DNA of 64,000 nucleotides from the NCBI GenBank assembly GCA_963809895.1, contig CAWELD010000010.1, forward strand, positions 1,088,001-1,152,000, written 5' to 3'. The translations under genes and the position numbers were made by a program. Under the pieces are notes generated by a model. That model was not told the DNA's origin. It worked only from the letters and a program-made list of their open reading frames with translations, and did no database searches. This document shows, piece by piece, positions 10,872 to 21,871 of the stretch. The DNA comes from an uncultured Gemmatimonadales bacterium (GTDB lineage Bacteria > Gemmatimonadota > Gemmatimonadetes > Longimicrobiales > Gaopeijiaceae). Each line of letters opens with the position of its first letter. Position 1 is the stretch's first letter.

Positions 10872-11326
10872 GCGTCGGGGTACGCCGGGCGCGCGGCGCC
10901 GACCTGGCCGCCGCCGCGGACCTGGTGGCGGCGGCGGGACTTCCGCTGGCCGGCTTCCCTGACGACGCTCGCGTGATCCTGGTGGCGGAGCAGGCGTCCG
11001 GGCTGGTGGGTGTGGCGGCGCTGGAGCTTCACGAGGACGCCGCGCTGCTGCGGTCGGTGGCGGTTCCGGCGGAGTGGCGCGGCCAGGGCATCGGGGGCGC
11101 GCTGGTGACCGCGGCCCTGGAGGCGGCCTGGACCGAGGGCGCCTCGTCGGTGGCGCTGCTCACCGAGACCGCTGCGTCGTACTTTCCGGCCTTCGGCTTC
11201 CGGTCCGTGCCCAGATCGGCCCTGCCGTCGGCGTTGGCGGCCTCCCGGGAGCTGCGGGGCGCCTGCCCCGAGTCGGCGGTGGCCATGGTGCTGGAGCGGT
11301 CGAGTCGGCCGCCGAGCGCCACATAG
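10868..11326 (+). CDS. ArsN2-family GNAT N-acetyltransferase
   Basis: ALLRSVAV...RGQGIG...LLTETA..YF..FGF...CPESA. Confidence 0.82.
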   Translation: MSVGVRRARGADLAAAADLVAAAGLPLAGFPDDARVILVAEQASGLVGVAALELHEDAALLRSVAVPAEWRGQGIGGALVTAALEAAWTEGASSVALLTETAASYFPAFGFRSVPRSALPSALAASRELRGACPESAVAMVLERSSRPPSAT

Positions 11327-11336
11327 ACGGCGACCC

Positions 11337-12266
11337 TCAGTCCGGGATCTCCATGGTGGCGCGCGCGACCAGAACGGCGCTGCCGCCGACCCGGATGGCC
11401 GTGACCGCGCCGGCGTGCACGTCGGCTTCCACCCGGAGCAGCGAGGGCCGGCCCATCTCGAGTCCCTGCTCCACGAGCCAGTTGTGGGAGCCGTCGCCGG
11501 CACGGCGGCCCAGGTAGCCACCCAGCGCCGCGGCCGCGCTTCCCGTCGCCGGATCCTCGGGCACGCCGATCTCCGGGGCGAACATGCGCACGTGCAGGTT
11601 CACGTCCTCGCCGTGGCCTCCGGGCGCGATGACGTACACCATGCGCGACGGCGCATCGGGACCCAGAAGCTGCCGGAGAATCCCCTGATCCAGGGTCGCC
11701 CGCTCGGCGGCCTTCACCGAGCGCACGGGCACGGTGAGGAAGGGAAGGCCGGCGGATGCGAAGACCGGCTCCAGGGTGCCGGGCACGCCGGGCACCTCCG
11801 CCCCGATGTCTCCGGGGTCCAGCGAGATCATGCGCGCCAGATCGCCGGCGGCGAGATCGACGGCCTCCTCCGTGGGCGCCACCGCAGCGGTGAGGCGGGC
11901 CGCCACCGGCCGGCCCGACCGTAGCGCCACCTCCACGGGCACCGGGCCGACGCCCTCTTCCAGCACCACCGTGACCGCGTCCACGGCCACCGTGATGGCT
12001 CTGGACGCCACCAGAAAGAACGCCGTGCCCACCGTGGGATGCCCGGCGAACGGCACCTCGGCCCCGGGCGTGAAGATGCGCACGCGTCGCGTGGCCGACG
12101 GGGATTCGGCCGGCAGCACGAATACGGTTTCCGACAGGTTCAACTCGCGCGCGATGGCTTGCATGCGCTCGGCAGAGAGCCCTCGCCCGTCGGGGAAGAC
12201 GGCGAGAGGGTTGCCGCCGAAGACCCGATCCGTGAATACGTCCAGCGTGTGGTACTCGAGGCGCAT
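11337..12266 (-). CDS. PhzF family epimerase/isomerase
   Basis: DVFT...[40 protein letters not shown]. Confidence 0.92.
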   Translation of the reverse strand: MRLEYHTLDVFTDRVFGGNPLAVFPDGRGLSAERMQAIARELNLSETVFVLPAESPSATRRVRIFTPGAEVPFAGHPTVGTAFFLVASRAITVAVDAVTVVLEEGVGPVPVEVALRSGRPVAARLTAAVAPTEEAVDLAAGDLARMISLDPGDIGAEVPGVPGTLEPVFASAGLPFLTVPVRSVKAAERATLDQGILRQLLGPDAPSRMVYVIAPGGHGEDVNLHVRMFAPEIGVPEDPATGSAAAALGGYLGRRAGDGSHNWLVEQGLEMGRPSLLRVEADVHAGAVTAIRVGGSAVLVARATMEIPD

Positions 12267-12403
12267 ACTCCACGCTCCTGCCGGTGCGAGATGGATCCGT
12301 CCCCTCAAGGTACGCGCCCGGCGATCCGGGTCCAACGCCATGGAACCTGTCGGGCGGCGTATGGATAAGGGACATGAACACTCGCCCAATGGAGCCTGAA
12401 TAC

Positions 12404-13375
<972 letters not shown>

Positions 13376-13416
13376 GCGTCCATCCAGACCCTCCCCTGGA
13401 GTCAGCACCCTTGGCG

Positions 13417-14071
13417 ATGACACCCCGGCGCAGGGTTTTCCTGCTCAAGACGATGGTGTGGTTGGCGTGCCTCACCCCGCTGGGTTGGGTGGCCTACCGC
13501 TGGTATCTGGGTGACCACCTCACCGCGAACCCCGTGGAGGCGCTGGAGCACTGGTCGGGGCTGTCGGCGTTCGTGATCCTCACGGCCTCGCTGGCGGTGA
13601 CGCCGATCCGGCGGCTCACCGGATGGAACGACATCCAGAAGGTCCGGCGCCTCGCCGGGCTGTGGGCGTTCGCCTACGCCGTCATCCATTTCGGCATCTA
13701 CCTGGGGCTCGACCAGTTCTTCGGCTGGTCCTACATCCTCGAGGACATCACCGAGCGGCCCTTCATCATCTCCGGCACCCTGGCGCTTCTGTGCCTGCTG
13801 CCGCTGGCGCTCACGTCCACCCGGGCCTCCATCCGACGCCTGGGCAAGAACTGGGTGCGGCTGCACCGGCTGGTCTATGCGGCTGCGGGGCTGGCGCTCC
13901 TGCACTTCCTCTGGGGCCAGAAGGCGGACATCCGCAACCCCATCATCGGCGGGCGTGGTGCTGGGGGTGCTTCTGGGAGCTCGTCTGGTCTGGTGGTGGC
14001 AGCGGCGGCGGCGCCCGCCGCCCCGGCGGGAGCGCGCGAGGGCGGAGAGGGAGACGGCGGCGGTGGGGTGA
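13417..14071 (+). CDS. msrQ: MsrP heme-b membrane partner; one extra G near 13948 shifts the last TM helix
   Basis: RRLAGLWAFAYAVIH, WVRLHRLVY, LHFLW; the C-terminus continues in the 13877..14071 frame (AGVVLGVLLGARLVWW). Confidence 0.88.
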
Positions 14072-14117
14072 CGCTACATTCCGTTACCCTCCTGCGCCCC
14101 TGACCATCTCTGGAGCC

Positions 14118-15131
14118 ATGTCACCTCGACGTCCCATTCTGATCTCGGCCCTCCCTGCGTTCATGGTGGCGGCCTGTGCCACCGCTTCCTCTCCGGCCGC
14201 GCCCGGGCCCGGTCCCACGCCCGCCGCACAGGCGCCCGCACCCGAGGGTCCGCCACCTCTTCGCGAAGGCACGGACTTCGTGGTCTACCGCGCCGACGGC
14301 GCCCCTGCCTCGGTGGACGAGATCGTGGAGGCCATGGCCGACGCCGATGCCGTGCTCGTGGGGGAGGAGCACAACGATCCCGTGACCCACCGGGTCGAGC
14401 TGCTCCTGGTGGAGCGGGCGTTCGTGGATCTGGGAGGACGCGGCGCCTCGGCCGCCGAGCTCCCCGCCGGGCACCCGCAGGTGGCGACACGCCAGGGCCG
14501 GCCCGTGATCCTGTCGTTGGAGATGTTCGAGACCGATGTGCAGTACATCCTCGACGAATACCTCCACGACCTCATCACCGAGTCCCACTTCCGTGCCAGC
14601 GCGCGACCCTGGGACAACTACGAGACGGACTACCGGCCCATGGTCGAGTTCGCCAAGGCCCACGGCATGACCGTGGTCGCGGCCAACGCGCCTCGCCGAT
14701 ACGTGAACCGGGCCTCTCGCCTGGGACGCGCCAGCCTGCAGGAGCTCCCGCCCTCGGCGCTCCGCTATCTGCCACCGCTCCCGTATCCCCAGGCCAGCGA
14801 CCGGTACCGTGGCCAGTGGGACGCGCTCATGGGGGACGCCGCCCGGCACATGTCCGGCTCGCCGCTGGACGGCCAGACGTTGTGGGACGCCAGCATGGGT
14901 CACTCGGTCGCGCAGGCCCTGGACGCCCATCCCGATGCGCTGGTTCTGCACATGGCCGGGGGATTCCACGTGGAAAAGGACACGGGGATCCCGGAAGCCC
15001 TGCGCCACTATCGGCCCTGGACGCGCATCGTCACGGTGGCGGCGCGTCCCACCGAGGATCCGGGCACCTTCGACCCGCAGGAATTCGGTGGGCTGGGGAC
15101 GTTCGTGGTCTTGACCCGCGCACCTCGCTGA
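14118..15131 (+). CDS. ChaN family heme-uptake-like lipoprotein
   Basis: Lipobox VAAC; VLVGEEHND..H, LSLEMFE, YRPMVEFAK, AANAPR, QTLWDASM, GGFH. Confidence 0.85.
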   Translation: MSPRRPILISALPAFMVAACATASSPAAPGPGPTPAAQAPAPEGPPPLREGTDFVVYRADGAPASVDEIVEAMADADAVLVGEEHNDPVTHRVELLLVERAFVDLGGRGASAAELPAGHPQVATRQGRPVILSLEMFETDVQYILDEYLHDLITESHFRASARPWDNYETDYRPMVEFAKAHGMTVVAANAPRRYVNRASRLGRASLQELPPSALRYLPPLPYPQASDRYRGQWDALMGDAARHMSGSPLDGQTLWDASMGHSVAQALDAHPDALVLHMAGGFHVEKDTGIPEALRHYRPWTRIVTVAARPTEDPGTFDPQEFGGLGTFVVLTRAPR

Positions 15132-15144
15132 CCAGCGCCCGACC

Positions 15145-15996
15145 GTGCTGTCCGAACAGGCCCGGCCCGGCGCCGTCCACCTGCGGGTCTCCCATGTCGG
15201 GGACAGCCTGGAATTCTGGCAGGATCAGCTCGGCCTGGAGGCACGCACCGCGGGCGAGGCCACGGCGTTGCACGCGGCGGGTGCGTCCGAGCCTCTGATC
15301 GTCCTCCACGCGGCCGGGGGGTCCCGGCGGAGTGCCGGCCGGGCGGGTCTCTACCATGTGGCGCTGCGCGTTCCCGCGCGGCGCGACCTGGCGCGCGTGC
15401 TGCTCAGGCTGGGCGATGCCGGCGTCGTCTTCCAGGGGGCCGCGGATCACGGGGTGAGCGAGGCGCTCTACCTGGCGGATCCCGAGGGGAACGGGGTGGA
15501 GCTGTACGTGGACCGGCCCGGGCGAGCATGGACACGTCCCGGTGACACGGTGGAGATGACCACGCTTCCGCTGGACGTACAGGGCCTCGTGGCCGAGGCG
15601 AACGGGGACCCGGCGCCTCTCCCCGTGGGTAGCGATGTCGGGCACGTGCACCTGCAGGTGGACGACCTGCAAGCGGCGGAAGCGTTCTACGGCCCGGAGG
15701 GCCTCGGCCTCGACGTGACCACGCGCGCATACCCCGGTGCGCTCTTCCTGTCGGCCGGGGGCTACCACCACCACCTGGGCCTGAACACCTGGGGTGTCCG
15801 GGGCCCCGCCTCAGCCGATGCCCTGGGCCTCCTGGCCTGGACTCTGATGGTGCCCGAAGAGGGCGTGGAGGAGGCCGCGGCGCGCGTGGGCGCGGCACAC
15901 GAGAACGGCGCCTGGCAGGCCCGCGATCCCGCCGGCAACCTTCTCCGGCTGGTGGCTGCTAGTACCGGAAAAGCGGAATCCCCACCTCGACCATGA
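15145..15996 (+). CDS. VOC family protein, CatE-like catechol 2,3-dioxygenase
   Basis: GLYHVAL, DHGVSEALYLADPEGNGVELY, GHVHLQV, GGYHHHLGLNTW. Confidence 0.88.
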   Translation: MLSEQARPGAVHLRVSHVGDSLEFWQDQLGLEARTAGEATALHAAGASEPLIVLHAAGGSRRSAGRAGLYHVALRVPARRDLARVLLRLGDAGVVFQGAADHGVSEALYLADPEGNGVELYVDRPGRAWTRPGDTVEMTTLPLDVQGLVAEANGDPAPLPVGSDVGHVHLQVDDLQAAEAFYGPEGLGLDVTTRAYPGALFLSAGGYHHHLGLNTWGVRGPASADALGLLAWTLMVPEEGVEEAAARVGAAHENGAWQARDPAGNLLRLVAASTGKAESPPRP

Positions 15997-16468
15997 TCGT
16001 CATGGGGCGGAAATCCTCCACCCGCGCCCAGCGTAGCTCGAGCCCTCCGATCCACCAGCGGTCGCGGGTCGGTGTCCCCCCCAGGCCGATCACCAGCGAG
16101 TATCCGGTGCGGGTCTCCCGGGGGTCGTCGGGATTGTCCGACACGAAGACCGTGTTCCGGAAGACCGGCCCGCCACCGACGTAGACACCCACTCCGGAGC
16201 GCCAGAGGACGTCCAGGGCGACCTGCCGCTCGGTGATCTTGCTCAGGAACGTGAAGTCCGCGGTGGATTGGAGCTCCACGGGAATCTTCGGCAGAGGCAG
16301 GCGCACGTACGCTCCGGCCACGAACGCGCTGAACTCGGTGTCGTAGCCGACCCGCGGGCCGAGGGTGAGGGCGCGCACGATGGGTGGGCCCTCCACCTGC
16401 GCGCGGACGGTGCCGGGCAACCCTGCCAGCGCGCAGCCCGCCAGCATCGCGAATGTCCGCAGCTTCAT
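15959..16468 (-). CDS. small outer-membrane beta-barrel protein
   Basis: Signal peptide (VRA-Q), alternating beta-strand pattern, aromatic C-terminus. Confidence 0.65.
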   Translation of the reverse strand: MKLRTFAMLAGCALAGLPGTVRAQVEGPPIVRALTLGPRVGYDTEFSAFVAGAYVRLPLPKIPVELQSTADFTFLSKITERQVALDVLWRSGVGVYVGGGPVFRNTVFVSDNPDDPRETRTGYSLVIGLGGTPTRDRWWIGGLELRWARVEDFRPMTIMVEVGIPLFRY

Positions 16469-16475
16469 GCGCGCC

Positions 16476-17051
16476 TCAACCGCCCACGTTCAGGTCGGTG
16501 GCGTCGAGGCGGTCGGCGAGCGCCTTCAACTCGGCGAACATCTCGTCGACCTCGGGATCGAGCTTCACCATCTCGACCATCATGGCATCCTGGAAGGCCT
16601 CGAGACGAGCCTTCATCTCCTCCTGCTCCAGGATCTCACCCTGTGCGTCCTGAAGCCGGCCCATGATCCCCTGGTACTCGTTCTGGAGCGCCTTCAGCTT
16701 GGCGGCGTCCTGTGCGGCCTGGGCAGCGGCGGCTTCCTGCTGGATCTCCGGCATGCGCTCCTTGAGCACCTGCTCCAGCTCGGGGTGGGCCTCGTAGACC
16801 GCGGCTTCCAGCGCGGACTGGATGCTGTCCTGCTCCGCCTGGAGCTCGGGGCTGGCCTGGAGGGCTTGATTCTGGACTCCGTTCACCCGCGTCTCGAGCG
16901 TGCGGAAGCGGGTCAACGCGGCCTGCAGGCTGTCCTGGGGAACGGGGACCGCGGGGACGGAATCGGGCACGCGGTCCTGCGCGCGCGACGGCGCAGCGAT
17001 CATGGAAAGGGCCAGGGCCAGCACAGCCCCGGCTCTGAGCGAGCGCATCAT
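16476..17051 (-). CDS. periplasmic Gln/Ala-rich coiled-coil protein (Skp-like shape)
   Basis: Signal peptide SRA-Q followed by long heptad helices. Confidence 0.7.
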   Translation of the reverse strand: MMRSLRAGAVLALALSMIAAPSRAQDRVPDSVPAVPVPQDSLQAALTRFRTLETRVNGVQNQALQASPELQAEQDSIQSALEAAVYEAHPELEQVLKERMPEIQQEAAAAQAAQDAAKLKALQNEYQGIMGRLQDAQGEILEQEEMKARLEAFQDAMMVEMVKLDPEVDEMFAELKALADRLDATDLNVGG

Positions 17052-17150
17052 TCAGGTACTCCGTGGAGTCGATGTCGAAGTCGAGGACTGGACACGAACC
17101 TCACACGGAGGCGACGCGGCCATCCTGGCGTCGTGACGCTGAATCTGTCC

Positions 17151-17747
17151 TCAGATGAGCCCGCCGGCCAGGGCGCGGAGCACATCCATCGTGGTGACGA
17201 TACCCAGGAGACGGCCGTCTTCCAGGACCACGGCCCGGTGGATGCGCCCCCTCACCAGAAAGTCCGCCAGTTCACGGAAGGAGGCGTCGGGAGGCACCGA
17301 GAACGACACCGGCGTCATGATATCGGACACCGTGAGCCGGTCGAGAGGTCCCTCGTCTTCGCTCTCCCGGCTCCACTCGGGTGTCAGCAGGGGCGCGTCT
17401 TCGGGGAGGAAGAAGTCGGTGAACGGGTCGTCTGCCTGATCCTCCGGATCGGGGATCTCGGGCGCCCCGACCGGCACCCAGCGAGCGCTGGACAGGCGCA
17501 CCTCCTGCTCCTCGGCCGTGAGCCGTACCACATCGGACGACGACACCACCCCGAGAACCTCGCCGGAGGCCGTGGTTACGGGCATGCCGCTGATGCCTTC
17601 GTCGGCCAGCGTCCTGGCCAGCTCGCGCACCGACATCTCGGGGGTCGCCGTCACCACCTCGCTCTGCATGAGGTCACGGACGGTCACCATGCTTCCTCCC
17701 GCGCTGGATTGCATGAGGGGGGCCTTCGGGCTTCGTTGGTCGGTCAT
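17151..17747 (-). CDS. CBS-pair domain protein
   Basis: VRDLMQSEVVT...GISGMPV...LGVVSSSD; VSDIMT...IHRAVV...LLGIVTTMD. Confidence 0.88.
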   Translation of the reverse strand: MTDQRSPKAPLMQSSAGGSMVTVRDLMQSEVVTATPEMSVRELARTLADEGISGMPVTTASGEVLGVVSSSDVVRLTAEEQEVRLSSARWVPVGAPEIPDPEDQADDPFTDFFLPEDAPLLTPEWSRESEDEGPLDRLTVSDIMTPVSFSVPPDASFRELADFLVRGRIHRAVVLEDGRLLGIVTTMDVLRALAGGLI

Positions 17748-18646
17748 TCCTCGGGACTCTCTGGCCGCTGCACCAGGATCGGTACGTGCACGGCCCGGAT
17801 CACCTTGTCCGTGGTGCTGCCGAGAAGGGCCCGCTGAAGCCCTCCGCGACCGTGCGTGGCCATGACCACGAGTTGAGCGTCGAGCTCCTCGACCTCGCGT
17901 GCGACGGCGTGACCCGCCTGGGTATCCACCGTGACGTGCACCGTGGCCTCCACGCCCTCAGCGGTGATGCGGGCGGCGATACGCTCCAGGTAGGCACGCG
18001 CCGCGTCCCTCGCCTCTTCCACCACCTTCTGATTCATCTGGACCGTGTGGGGCAGGTACGGCGAGGCGATTTCCATGGGGTACGCCACGACGCGCAGGAG
18101 ACGGATCTGGCTCCCATAGAGCTTGGCCATGCCGATGGCCAGGTCGAGGACGGACTCGGACAGCTCCGAGCCGTCCAGGGGCACGACGATACGCTGCACC
18201 TCGGGCTCCACCGTGGGGTCCGGATGGTCGTCCTCGGGTCGCACGAGAAGGATCGGCTGGTGCGCGTGGCGCACGAAGCCGTCGGCCACGCTGCCGAGCC
18301 AGGCCCGGGTGAGGGCGCCGCGGCCGTGGGTCGCCATGACCACGAGGTCGGCCTCGGTGGAATCGGCCCGGCTCATGAGGAGCTCCACGACCCGGCCGGT
18401 ACCCACCCAGGCATGGACCTCTCCGTCGGTCCGCTGGCGGATCTGCTCACGCACGTTGCGCAGGTAGTCTTCGGACCACTGCCAGGCGGCGGACTCCCAC
18501 TCGTCGTACGCGAAAGACGGCACGGGCTCGTGCACCGAGGCGAGCTGCAGGGCGGCGTGGGTCCTGCGACTCAGGCCCAGCGCCCAGGGAAGCGCCGCCT
18601 CGGAGAATGCGGAGCCGTCCAGCGGGACCAGGATCGTGCGGAACAT
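17744..18646 (-). CDS. tandem universal stress protein
   Basis: Two ILVPLDGS...LVVMATHGRG...LGS repeats. Confidence 0.93.
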   Translation of the reverse strand: MFRTILVPLDGSAFSEAALPWALGLSRRTHAALQLASVHEPVPSFAYDEWESAAWQWSEDYLRNVREQIRQRTDGEVHAWVGTGRVVELLMSRADSTEADLVVMATHGRGALTRAWLGSVADGFVRHAHQPILLVRPEDDHPDPTVEPEVQRIVVPLDGSELSESVLDLAIGMAKLYGSQIRLLRVVAYPMEIASPYLPHTVQMNQKVVEEARDAARAYLERIAARITAEGVEATVHVTVDTQAGHAVAREVEELDAQLVVMATHGRGGLQRALLGSTTDKVIRAVHVPILVQRPESPEE

Positions 18647-18702
18647 GATGGCTCCCGTGTGTCGAGGAAGGCGGTGCTCCGGGTGCGGCGTCGCGCCGAC
18701 GC

Positions 18703-19857
18703 TCAGCCCGTGGCCCCCGCCGGTATCATTCGTTCGGGCGGCGGGCTCGAAAGCGGGTCGCCCCCGGGCGGCTCGTCGCCGGCCGCCCAGGGCAGCACCA
18801 GGCGTAGGCGTGTGCCCCGGCCCGGTCGCGAGTCCACCGTGAGCGATCCACCGGCATAACCGGCCCGTTCCTCCATACCCATCAAGCCCAGGCCCGCTCC
18901 GCCGGCGAAGGAAAGCGTGGTCTGGTCGAAGCCCTGTCCGTCGTCCTCGATCTCGGTCACGAGGCCGTCGGCCGCGCCGAAGAAGCGCGTGTGCACGTGG
19001 CCGGCTCCGGCGTGGCGGGCGGCGTTGGTCAGGGCCTCCTGAACGATACGGAAGAGCGCCAGCCGCACGCCGTCGCTGAGGTCCGCCTCCGGAATCTGGC
19101 CCAGGAATTCCATGCGCAGGGTCCGGGACTCGGTGAGTCGCCGGGCGTGCGCTTCCAGGGCCGCGCGCACACCCAGCTCGTCCAACTCGGGGGGACGCAG
19201 GCGTCGTGCCACACCACGGATCTCCTCCAGCGCCTGGCGGATCTCGGTGGTGACCTCGTCCATGCGGCTACACGGGGAATCCTCCGGCTCCTGCCGGGAA
19301 AGGATGCGTAACCGCACCAGGACCCCCGCCAGCGTCTGGGCGGTGCCGGAATAGAGCTCGTGGGCGATACGCTCCCGCTCCCGTTCTTCGGCTTCGAGCA
19401 CACGCCGGGCCAACTCGCGCTGGCGGCGCTGCGCCGCCGAGACCGTGTCCAACATGTCGTTGAAGGTGTGGCTCAAGCGGTCGAGGCGGTCGTCGGCCAG
19501 CACCGAGTGGGGGACGCGCGAGGCCATGTCTCCGTTCCGGACCCGAAAGGCCGTGTCGGTCAGGGTGTCGACGGGGCGCAACGCCAATCGTACCACGGCG
19601 GCGTTCGCCAGCGCGGCAAGGGTGACCATGGCCACCGACACGCCGGCGACCACGGGAAGGACGGGGGCGTGCACGCGGTCGAGGAAGAGCGCCACGGTGG
19701 CTCCGGCGGCCGCCACCAGGACCACGTTCGCCAGCAGGAGCTTCCAGAACAGCGGGACGCGCAGGATCGACGTCGCCCAAAGCGGTACCCTGGGCGGCCG
19801 CGTCGCCAGCGGCTGCCCGGTGTCGTGCCCCGCGTCGTGGGAGGGCGGTGCGTCCAT
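18703..19857 (-). CDS. membrane HAMP-HisKA_3-HATPase sensor with degenerate H-box (ELYS instead of ELHD)
   Basis: Two TMs, HAMP, ERERIAHELYSGTAQ, QEALTNAARH, EDDGQGF, GLGLMGM. Confidence 0.85.
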   Translation of the reverse strand: MDAPPSHDAGHDTGQPLATRPPRVPLWATSILRVPLFWKLLLANVVLVAAAGATVALFLDRVHAPVLPVVAGVSVAMVTLAALANAAVVRLALRPVDTLTDTAFRVRNGDMASRVPHSVLADDRLDRLSHTFNDMLDTVSAAQRRQRELARRVLEAEERERERIAHELYSGTAQTLAGVLVRLRILSRQEPEDSPCSRMDEVTTEIRQALEEIRGVARRLRPPELDELGVRAALEAHARRLTESRTLRMEFLGQIPEADLSDGVRLALFRIVQEALTNAARHAGAGHVHTRFFGAADGLVTEIEDDGQGFDQTTLSFAGGAGLGLMGMEERAGYAGGSLTVDSRPGRGTRLRLVLPWAAGDEPPGGDPLSSPPPERMIPAGATG

Positions 19858-19967
19858 GTGGCGGATATCCGGACCTGAGAAAACGACACCGCGAGAGCCA
19901 CATTTTCGGCATGCCCCTCGCGGTTGCCTCGAATGGACCTAAATTGGAGGGGGCACCACAGACCGTC

Positions 19968-20010
19968 TGTAGGGATAGGTTGGCGCGCGCCTGTGGGAGT
20001 TTCCTTGACA
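19968..20010. promoter_or_regulatory. two putative NarL/NreC-type boxes in the divergent kinase promoter region
   Basis: TGTAGGGATAGGTTGGCGC (19968) and TGTGGGAGTTTCCTTGACA (19992), 24 bp apart, resemble the 21737 palindrome. Confidence 0.45.
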
Positions 20011-20042
20011 CACCCTCCTGAACCACGACGAGCGGCTCGGCT

Positions 20043-21071
20043 GTGACCAACGAGTACTATCGCGCGATCTTCGACTTTTCTCCCGACGGCATCCTGGTCG
20101 TGGACGACGACGGGATCATATGCCGTGTGAACCCGCGCGCCGAGGAGCTCTTCGGCTTCGAGCCCGGGGCGCTGGCGGGTCAGTCCGTCGAGATGCTGGT
20201 GCCCGACGCGCTGCGACCGGGTCATGTGCAGCACCGCAAGGCCTACGTCGCCGACTCGGCTCGCCGGCCCATGGGAATCGGGCTCGAGCTTCGTGCGCGC
20301 CGCTCCGACGGCACGGAGTTCCCGGTGGAGATCTCCCTGAGCCCGGTGGACACCGAGGACGGGCGCCACACGTTGGCCACTGTGCGCGACGTCACGCAGC
20401 GCAAGCGCCTGCGGGACTTCGGTGCCGGCGCCTTGCGGGCGTCGGAAGACGAACGCGCGCGCATCGCACGAGAGCTTCACGACGACACGGCGCAGCGTCT
20501 CGCCACCACGCTGTTGAGGCTTCGCATCCTGGAGCGCATGGTGGAGGGTGAGGAGCGCCTGGAGGTCATCGAGGAACTCCGCGACTCGCTCCAGCAGACC
20601 GCGGAGGGCGTGAGGCGCATCGCCCGTGGGCTGCGGCCGCCGGAGCTTCAGGACGCCGGTCTCACCACGGCTCTGCGGTCCTACGCGCGCAGCCTGCTGG
20701 ACGGTCGAGGCCTCAAGGTCGACCTTGACGTCGAGCCCGTCGACGAGTACCTGACGGCCGATGGGAAGCTGGTGGTCTATCGCGTCGTGCAGGAGGCGCT
20801 CAACAACGTTTCGCGCCATGCCGACGCCAGTGCGGCCCGGGTCCTCCTCCGGAAGTCCGGAGGCCACATCGTCGCCGAGGTCGAGGATGAAGGGCGTGGC
20901 TTCTCGCCCCACCGGGTCCAGAACGACGGCGGCGGCCTCGGGCTGCTGGGAATGCAGGAGCGTGCAGCCATGGTGGGAGGATTGGTTACCGTGGATTCCA
21001 GGCCCGGCGAAGGCACCCGCGTGGTGATCCGGGTCCCTGTGGAGATCGAGAGAGAGGTGGAGCGTGTCTGA
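20043..21071 (+). CDS. cytoplasmic PAS sensor histidine kinase (HisKA_3)
   Basis: FixL-like PAS (LVPDALRPGH...DGTEFPVEISLS), ARELHDDTAQ, QEALNNV, EDEGRGF. Confidence 0.92.
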   Translation: MTNEYYRAIFDFSPDGILVVDDDGIICRVNPRAEELFGFEPGALAGQSVEMLVPDALRPGHVQHRKAYVADSARRPMGIGLELRARRSDGTEFPVEISLSPVDTEDGRHTLATVRDVTQRKRLRDFGAGALRASEDERARIARELHDDTAQRLATTLLRLRILERMVEGEERLEVIEELRDSLQQTAEGVRRIARGLRPPELQDAGLTTALRSYARSLLDGRGLKVDLDVEPVDEYLTADGKLVVYRVVQEALNNVSRHADASAARVLLRKSGGHIVAEVEDEGRGFSPHRVQNDGGGLGLLGMQERAAMVGGLVTVDSRPGEGTRVVIRVPVEIEREVERV

Positions 21072-21717
21072 GACCCGGATTCTTCTTGTCGACGACCACG
21101 CCATGTTCCGGGCGGGGATCAAGTCCCTGCTGGAGTCGGAGGAACGCCTGACCGTGATCGGTGAGGCGTCCACCGGTGACGAGGCCGTGGACCAGGTCCG
21201 GGCGCTCAAGCCCGACGTGGTGGTGATGGACCTCTCCATGCCCGGATCCAACGGGCTGGAGGCGACCCGCCGCATCGCGGCACTGGGCCTCGACACGCGG
21301 GTGCTGGTCCTCACCGTGCATGCCGAGGAGGAGTACCTGGTGCCCGTGGTGGAGGCCGGCGCCAGCGGATACCTGACCAAGACCAGCGCGGACCGTGACC
21401 TCATCGAGGCCATCAAGGTGGTCTCCCGCGGTGAGGTGTATCTGCCACCGAAGGCCACGCGGCTCCTGTTGCAGCAATACCGCTCGGCCGAGGCCAACCC
21501 CGATCTGGCCGATCTCCACGAGCTGAGCTCGCGGGAGCAGGAAGTGCTGGCTCTCACCGCAGAGGGCTTCAGCTCGCGAGAGATCGGCAAGAAGCTCTTC
21601 ATCTCGCCCAAGACCGTGGACACGTACCGGGCTCGCATCATGGAGAAACTGAGCCTGAACCACCGATCCGAGTTGGTGCGCTTCGCCCTGCGCGTGGGCC
21701 TTCTGAAGGAGATGTAA
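21064..21717 (+). CDS. NarL/NreC family response regulator
   Basis: VDDH, VMDLSMP, GYLTK, LuxR HTH LSSREQEVL...ISPKTVDTYR. Confidence 0.95.
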   Translation: MSETRILLVDDHAMFRAGIKSLLESEERLTVIGEASTGDEAVDQVRALKPDVVVMDLSMPGSNGLEATRRIAALGLDTRVLVLTVHAEEEYLVPVVEAGASGYLTKTSADRDLIEAIKVVSRGEVYLPPKATRLLLQQYRSAEANPDLADLHELSSREQEVLALTAEGFSSREIGKKLFISPKTVDTYRARIMEKLSLNHRSELVRFALRVGLLKEM

Positions 21718-21736
21718 CCCCCGCCGCGCCTCCGGC

Positions 21737-21779
21737 TGTGGGGGTCCTCCCCACACGAATCGTGGCACCCTTCCTGACA
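21737..21779. promoter_or_regulatory. putative response-regulator operator upstream of the cco operon
   Basis: Perfect TGTGGGG-N5-CCCCACA (21737-21755), a degenerate copy 24 bp downstream, and TAGTAT -10-like hexamer at 21801. Confidence 0.55.
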
Positions 21780-21871
21780 GAGCGCCGCTTTCCGCGGCCG
21801 TAGTATTGGGGCCGTCATGGGTACCGCCCACCGAGCGGGGCGAGGCCCGACCCTCCCGGACCCCACGACGC

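Noticed and set aside
15959..15996. 38-bp overlap of convergent genes as a regulatory feature
   Set aside because: Short 3' overlaps are common in compact high-GC genomes
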